Below, piece after piece: positions 58,757 to 64,000 of a stretch of 64,000 nucleotides of DNA. The notes under the pieces were generated by a model. That model ran no database searches, was not told the DNA's origin, and saw only the letters and a program-made list of their open reading frames with translations. Position numbers and translations under genes: made by a program. The stretch is taken from contig CACIJW010000006.1 in NCBI GenBank assembly GCA_902587125.1, forward strand, positions 4,529 through 68,528, written 5' to 3'. Within the stretch, counting starts at the first letter, position 1, and every line of letters starts with the position of its first letter. The stretch comes from an uncultured Bacteroidota bacterium. Lineage in GTDB: Bacteria; Bacteroidota; Bacteroidia; Flavobacteriales; BACL11.

Positions 58757-60958
58757 ATGAGAATATTTACAATTGCGGTATTGTTTTTAGTTAGTAACAT
58801 AAATTATGCCCAAATCCAAAATGATACAATTAAATTAAATCGTTTGCTGAAAGAGCTTGAAATAAATGCATCTCTAGCAGACAAAAAAACCCCTATTTCT
58901 TTTACAAACATCAAAAAAATTGAAATTGACAAAATTAATTTTGGAAAAGACATTCCATATGTAATAGAAAACACTCCCTCGATTGTAAGCTCATCAGATG
59001 CTGGTACAGGCATCGGTTATACAAATTTCAGATTAAGAGGAAGTGATCAAACAAGAATAAATGTTACCATAAACGGTATCCCAATAAATGACTCTGAAAG
59101 TCAGGGTGTTTGGTGGGTAAATATGCCTGATTTAGTTAGCTCAGTTGACGAAATACAAATTCAAAGAGGAGTAGGAACTTCAACAAACGGAGCTTCAGCC
59201 TTTGGTGGAACAATTAATTTAAAAACAAACACAATTAACCCATTACCATATTTTAACTCAAGAAATACAATTGGATCCTTTAATACTTTTAAAAGAAGTG
59301 CAAGCTTTGGAACTGGAAATATAAACGGGTTTTCTTTTGACGGTAGAATATCAAAAGTAAATTCTGACGGATATATTGATAGAGCTACAGCAGACTTGGA
59401 ATCCTATTATCTTTCTGCTAACTATGTTGGAGATGATGAAATCATTAACATTATAAACTTTAAAGGTAATGAGGTTACTTATCAAGCATGGTACGGTGTG
59501 CCAAAAAATTATTTGGAAAATGATTCTTTAAGAACATATAATTATTACACTTACAAAAATGAAATTGATAACTACACTCAAGACCATTATCAACTACACT
59601 ACAAAAAGCAGCTAAATAGCGGCAGATATTTCAATTTTTCTGTTCACCATACTTTAGGTGCAGGCTACTACGAGCAGGAAAAATTAAATGAAAGTTTATC
59701 AGACTACGGCTTATCAGATTTATATTTTGAAAATGATACTGTTTCAACTACTAATTTGGTCAGAAGAAAGTGGCTAGACAATGATTTTACTGGTGCTATA
59801 TATTCCTTTGAGAACTCATTAGATAAAGCTAAATTAATTTTAGGTGGTAGTTATAATATTTACAGAGGAAAACATTTTGGAAATGTAATCTGGTCTCAAT
59901 TTATGTCTGATGGTTCATATCCACACAGATACTACAACAATAAATCTACAAAAACAGATAATAATGTATATGCAAAAATCAATTATGAATTTAATCAAAG
60001 TGTAAGCATGTTTGTCGACGTTCAATCAAGAAATATTTCATATGATTTTGAAGGCTATGACGAGGATAATACATCATTAACAAACCTTAATCAAAAGCTT
60101 AATTTTTTGAATCCCAAGATTGGGATCAACTTTGATAACAATGATAAAAGAACTTATTTATATTTTGGAAAAGCAGAGAAAGAGCCTAGCAGAAATGACT
60201 ATGTTGACAGTGAATATAATAATTACCCAAAAAGTGAAAAACTTTACAATGTTGAACTTGGACATGAAATCAAAAACTCTGCTTCGATGATTTCTATCAA
60301 CGGATATTTTATGTACTACGAAGATCAACTCGTTAATACTGGTAAACTGAATGATGTAGGTGCATACATAAGAACAAATGTAGATGAATCCTACAGAACT
60401 GGAGTTGAAATTTCTGCTATATCTAATTTTGGAAATGGATTTCTTTTTAATGGGTCATTATCAATCAGTGACAACAAAATTACTAGATATGATGAATATG
60501 TCGACAATTGGGATCCACCATATGAACAAACTATTGTTACTCATGAAAATGTAGATTTAGCATTTTCTCCAAACATCATATATTCTTCAACATTTGAAAA
60601 AATATTTAATAATGGAATAGAAATCGCATTAAACTCAAAATATGTTGGTGAGCAATTTATTGACAACACCTCATCAGATGAAAGAAAATTAGATGATTAT
60701 TTTGTAAACAACTTGATTTTAAGTTACAATATCAATTTTTTTAATTTTTCTAATTCAAAAATTACATTAATTGTTAACAATATTTTTGATGAACTGTATG
60801 CAAATAACGCATGGACTTACAGATACTATTCTGAGGGTTATGACCCAAGAGCTGATGACCCCTACACAAATTTAAATAGTGATAATAGTTATAGTATGAG
60901 TGCTTACTTCCCACAAGCTGGTAGAAATTACATGTTGAGTTTGAATATTGGACTTTAA
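58757..60958 (+). CDS. TonB-dependent receptor, probable thiamine or thiamine-precursor importer
   Basis: SDAGTGIGY..RLRGSD..RINVTINGIP.ND.ES and QIQRGVGTSTNG..AFGG plug motifs; C-term FPQAGRN; preceded by a TPP-type riboswitch. Confidence 0.9.
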   Translation: MRIFTIAVLFLVSNINYAQIQNDTIKLNRLLKELEINASLADKKTPISFTNIKKIEIDKINFGKDIPYVIENTPSIVSSSDAGTGIGYTNFRLRGSDQTRINVTINGIPINDSESQGVWWVNMPDLVSSVDEIQIQRGVGTSTNGASAFGGTINLKTNTINPLPYFNSRNTIGSFNTFKRSASFGTGNINGFSFDGRISKVNSDGYIDRATADLESYYLSANYVGDDEIINIINFKGNEVTYQAWYGVPKNYLENDSLRTYNYYTYKNEIDNYTQDHYQLHYKKQLNSGRYFNFSVHHTLGAGYYEQEKLNESLSDYGLSDLYFENDTVSTTNLVRRKWLDNDFTGAIYSFENSLDKAKLILGGSYNIYRGKHFGNVIWSQFMSDGSYPHRYYNNKSTKTDNNVYAKINYEFNQSVSMFVDVQSRNISYDFEGYDEDNTSLTNLNQKLNFLNPKIGINFDNNDKRTYLYFGKAEKEPSRNDYVDSEYNNYPKSEKLYNVELGHEIKNSASMISINGYFMYYEDQLVNTGKLNDVGAYIRTNVDESYRTGVEISAISNFGNGFLFNGSLSISDNKITRYDEYVDNWDPPYEQTIVTHENVDLAFSPNIIYSSTFEKIFNNGIEIALNSKYVGEQFIDNTSSDERKLDDYFVNNLILSYNINFFNFSNSKITLIVNNIFDELYANNAWTYRYYSEGYDPRADDPYTNLNSDNSYSMSAYFPQAGRNYMLSLNIGL

Positions 60959-60985
60959 TATTTCAAAATAACTACATTTGCATTC

Positions 60986-61585
60986 ATGCAATATAACACA
61001 ACAAGAGAAAAACTCATCAAGCCTGAATACGGTAGGCATATCCAAAAAATGGTTCAACATGCAATGACACTAAGCTCAAAAGAAGAGAGAACTAAGTGTG
61101 CAAAAGCAATTGTAAGTTTTTTGGTTCAGTCGAACAATGTGTCTGCAAAGAATATTGAGGAAGCTGAAAAAAAATATTGGAACCAGATTCACATAATCTC
61201 TGATTTCAAATTAGATGTGGATTCTAAATACCCTCTACCTGAAATGGAAAAGCTTGCTGAAAAACCAAAAAAATTATCATATCCAATAAGAAATATTCAA
61301 TTTTCGTTTTATGGGCTATCTATTGAAAAGATGATAAAAAAAGCGATTGAAACAACTGATGAAAAAGAAAAACAATCAATAGTATGTATGACTGCTAACC
61401 ACATGAAAAAGGCATACCTTTCTTTTAATAAAGATTCTGTTGATAACAAAACTATCTTGTCCCACTTAAAGATTTTGTCCAAGGGACAACTATCTGTTCC
61501 TGAGGATTTTGATTTTATTGAATCAAAATCTGTAAACAAAAACAAAAAACCGATTTACAAAAAGAAATTCAAAAAGAGAAAATGA
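60986..61585 (+). CDS. DUF4290-like protein
   Basis: YNT.R..L..PEYGRHIQKMV motif; directly upstream of murA; TACATTTG at 60973-60980. Confidence 0.8.
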   Translation: MQYNTTREKLIKPEYGRHIQKMVQHAMTLSSKEERTKCAKAIVSFLVQSNNVSAKNIEEAEKKYWNQIHIISDFKLDVDSKYPLPEMEKLAEKPKKLSYPIRNIQFSFYGLSIEKMIKKAIETTDEKEKQSIVCMTANHMKKAYLSFNKDSVDNKTILSHLKILSKGQLSVPEDFDFIESKSVNKNKKPIYKKKFKKRK

Positions 61586-62892
61586 ATTCTTTTAAAATCC
61601 AAGGTGGAACAAGTCTGAGTGGTACTATAACTCCCCAAGGTGCCAAGAACGAAGCACTTCAAATAATTTGTGCTGTTCTTTTGACTGGCGAAAAAATAAC
61701 TATTAAAAATGTTCCTGATATAAGAGATATTCGTGTCTTGATTGATCTAATTAAAAAATTTGGTGTTGAGGTTAATCAACTCAGTAGAAATGATTTTGAG
61801 TTTAAATCTGAAAATGTAAATCTCAATTTCATGCAATCAGATGAGTTTTATGTACTCAGTACAAAAATTAGAGGTTCCATTATGATAATGGGGCCACTAT
61901 TAGCAAGATTTCAGAAAGCATATATTCCTCGCCCTGGTGGTGATAAAATAGGAAGAAGAAGATTGGATACGCACTTCATTGGTTTCGAAAAATTAGGCGC
62001 AAAATTCTCATATGATGATGAGAAAAAATTCTACAGTGTTAAGGCTTCAAAAATAAAAGGTAATGAAATTCTTTTGGATGAGGCTTCAGTTACAGGAACA
62101 GCTAATATTTTGATGGCCTCAGTGCTTTGTGAAGGAACCACCAAAATATATAATGCAGCTTGTGAGCCATATCTACAGCAATTATGCAGGATGCTAAATA
62201 ATATGGGAGCAAAAATCAGTGGAATAGGCTCTAATCTATTAACTATTATTGGAGTTCATAAATTGAATGGCTGTACACATAAAATTCTACCAGACATGAT
62301 TGAAATAGGTTCATTTATTGGACTTGCTGCCATAACTAAATCTGAACTGAGAATTAAAGATGTTAGTGTAAAAAATCTTGGAATTATTCCTTCTGTGTTC
62401 AAAAAATTAGGAATTAATTTAGAAATCAGTGGCGATGATATTATTGTAAAAAAGCAAAACAGCTATGAAGTTGAAAATTTTATTGATGGGTCTATTCTAA
62501 CAATCTCTGATGCTCCATGGCCTGGATTTACACCTGATTTAATTAGCATCATCCTTGTTGTAGCCACTCAGGCTAAAGGATCGGTTTTAATACACCAAAA
62601 AATGTTTGAATCTAGACTCTTTTTTGTTGATAAACTTATAGAAATGGGCGCAAAAATCATTTTATGTGATCCACATAGAGCTACAGTGATCGGACTTGAA
62701 CAAAAATCTAAACTCAAAGGTACAGTAATGACATCTCCAGACATAAGAGCAGGTGTAGCGTTACTCATTGCTGCATTGTCTGCTAAAGGAACCAGTATTA
62801 TTCATAACGTAGAACAAATAGACAGAGGTTATGAAGATATCGATATAAGATTAAATCAATTAGGAGCAAAAATCAGTAGAATTGATAGTTAG
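61582..62892 (+). CDS. murA: UDP-N-acetylglucosamine 1-carboxyvinyltransferase
   Basis: GAKNEAL, PGGDKIGRR, SVTGTAN, PWPGF, MFESR, DIRAG and IDRGY motifs. Confidence 0.97.
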   Translation: MNSFKIQGGTSLSGTITPQGAKNEALQIICAVLLTGEKITIKNVPDIRDIRVLIDLIKKFGVEVNQLSRNDFEFKSENVNLNFMQSDEFYVLSTKIRGSIMIMGPLLARFQKAYIPRPGGDKIGRRRLDTHFIGFEKLGAKFSYDDEKKFYSVKASKIKGNEILLDEASVTGTANILMASVLCEGTTKIYNAACEPYLQQLCRMLNNMGAKISGIGSNLLTIIGVHKLNGCTHKILPDMIEIGSFIGLAAITKSELRIKDVSVKNLGIIPSVFKKLGINLEISGDDIIVKKQNSYEVENFIDGSILTISDAPWPGFTPDLISIILVVATQAKGSVLIHQKMFESRLFFVDKLIEMGAKIILCDPHRATVIGLEQKSKLKGTVMTSPDIRAGVALLIAALSAKGTSIIHNVEQIDRGYEDIDIRLNQLGAKISRIDS

Positions 62893-63405
62893 ATGAAAAA
62901 GATAAGCCTTCTTGTTATCAGTACTTTCTTTGTAGTTCAATTATGCAACTCTCAAGTTGTTGGTACTAACATTGGCAATATTGCACCTGAGCTAAAATAC
63001 AAAAACCCAGATGGAGAGATGATGAGCTTATCTACCCTTCGAGGGAAAATAGTACTAATTGATTTTTGGGCATCTTGGTGTAAACCCTGTCGAATTGAAA
63101 ACCCGAATATTGTTAGTGCTTATGAAAAATATAAAAACACCTCTTTCAAATATGGAGAAAAGTTTGAGGTATACAGTGTTTCCTTAGATAAGTCAAAAAA
63201 AAGCTGGCAAGAAGCGATACTGAAGGACAAATTAAGCTGGGAATTTCATGTTTCTGATTTAGGTGGCTGGCAGTCTAAAGGAGCTAGACTATATTCTGTT
63301 AGAAGTATTCCAACAAATCTAATAATTGACAAAGACGGTAAAATACTGGCTAAAAATTTGAAAGGAGCAAGACTACACAGATTTTTAGAGGGATTGAAAA
63401 AATAG
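62893..63405 (+). CDS. TlpA/ResA-family thiol-disulfide oxidoreductase
   Basis: Signal peptide; DFWASWCKPC and SIPT motifs. Confidence 0.92.
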   Translation: MKKISLLVISTFFVVQLCNSQVVGTNIGNIAPELKYKNPDGEMMSLSTLRGKIVLIDFWASWCKPCRIENPNIVSAYEKYKNTSFKYGEKFEVYSVSLDKSKKSWQEAILKDKLSWEFHVSDLGGWQSKGARLYSVRSIPTNLIIDKDGKILAKNLKGARLHRFLEGLKK

Positions 63406-63448
63406 ATCTGATAATTAAATACTGACAAAATGACTGATTGAAGTAATG

Positions 63449-63464
63449 AGGCAAAGTTTTTGCA
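63449..63464 (+). promoter_or_regulatory. Putative sigma-54 (-24/-12) promoter of grpE-dnaJ
   Basis: AGGCAAAGTTTTTGCA: GG (63450-63451) and GC (63462-63463) separated by exactly 10 nt, with TTGCA at -12. Confidence 0.65.
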
Positions 63465-63484
63465 CAGATTTCAATTAAAAATAA

Positions 63485-63958
63485 ATGGCAAAGAAAAAGA
63501 ATATAAATAAAAAGGTAGCACAAAAGAAGTTAACATTAAAAGAACAATTAGCTGAGGAAAAAGACAGATACCTGAGGCTCTTCGCTGAATTTGATAATTA
63601 TAGAAAAAGAACTACCAAAGAAAGAGTCGAATTATACACGACAGCAGGTCATGATATTATGACATCAATTGTATCCGTAATTGACGATCTTGAGAGATGT
63701 ATTAAATCAAACAACTATGAAGAAGATCATGGCGTTTCACTAATTTTAAAGAAAATGAAGTCAGAAATGGAAAAGAAAGGATTGGTTGAAATAGAAAATC
63801 CAATTGGTAAAAGTTTGGACACAGATTTCCATGAAGCCATTACTAGTATACCTGCTAAAAGCAAAAAAGATTCTGGAAAAATTATTGATGTAATTGAAAA
63901 AGGTTATAAAATGGGAAATAAAGTTATCAGATTTACAAAGGTTGTTATAGGAAAGTAA
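63485..63958 (+). CDS. grpE: Nucleotide exchange factor GrpE
   Basis: LRLFAEFDNYRKR, HEAI and KGY....VIR motifs. Confidence 0.95.
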   Translation: MAKKKNINKKVAQKKLTLKEQLAEEKDRYLRLFAEFDNYRKRTTKERVELYTTAGHDIMTSIVSVIDDLERCIKSNNYEEDHGVSLILKKMKSEMEKKGLVEIENPIGKSLDTDFHEAITSIPAKSKKDSGKIIDVIEKGYKMGNKVIRFTKVVIGK

Positions 63959-63959
63959 T

Positions 63960-64000
63960 ATGAGTAAAAGAGACTATTATGATGTGTTAGGTGTTTCAAA
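63960..64000 (+). CDS. dnaJ: Chaperone DnaJ (5' fragment, runs off window)
   Basis: Manual translation MSKRDYYDVLGVS, the start of a J-domain, 1 nt after grpE. Confidence 0.88.
   Translation, partial: MSKRDYYDVLGVS

Noticed and set aside
3701-63428. Many 60-120 aa alternative-frame or antisense ORFs in the ORF track
   Set aside because: All overlap well-supported genes and lack recognisable motifs or independent expression signals.

Overview
AT-rich, very compact chromosomal segment from a Bacteroidota bacterium, most likely a marine Flavobacteriales with a streamlined genome. This assignment is inferred from T9SS C-terminal domains, a PorV-family barrel, TAnnTTTG (-7) promoters, A-rich leaders lacking an obvious Shine-Dalgarno, and tiny or negative intergenic spacers. 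Most of the window is housekeeping: fabD, waaA, mutS, folE2/folK/thyA/folA, sppA, membrane pyrophosphatase, etfBA, tig-clpP-clpX, ruvC, greA, ahcY, murA, grpE-dnaJ and three tRNAs. I saw no transposase, integrase, prophage, CRISPR array or defence system. Best leads: (1) a tightly coupled 9-kb module of a large TonB-dependent-type transporter, a 1398-aa acidic secreted protein with an FlgD/T9SS-like CTD, and a PorV paralogue (45327-54374); (2) a TPP-riboswitch variant with an intact pyrimidine sensor but an altered pyrophosphate sensor, upstream of a TonB receptor and next to pnuC, a NadR-type kinase and a GGGP synthase; (3) a sigma-54-type promoter before grpE-dnaJ; (4) a His-less Rieske-like lipoprotein; (5) a protease/peptide-uptake cluster at the left end. 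All calls come from motif recognition by eye; no database searches were run. Some start codons were moved from the ORF track to fit signal peptides or promoters.
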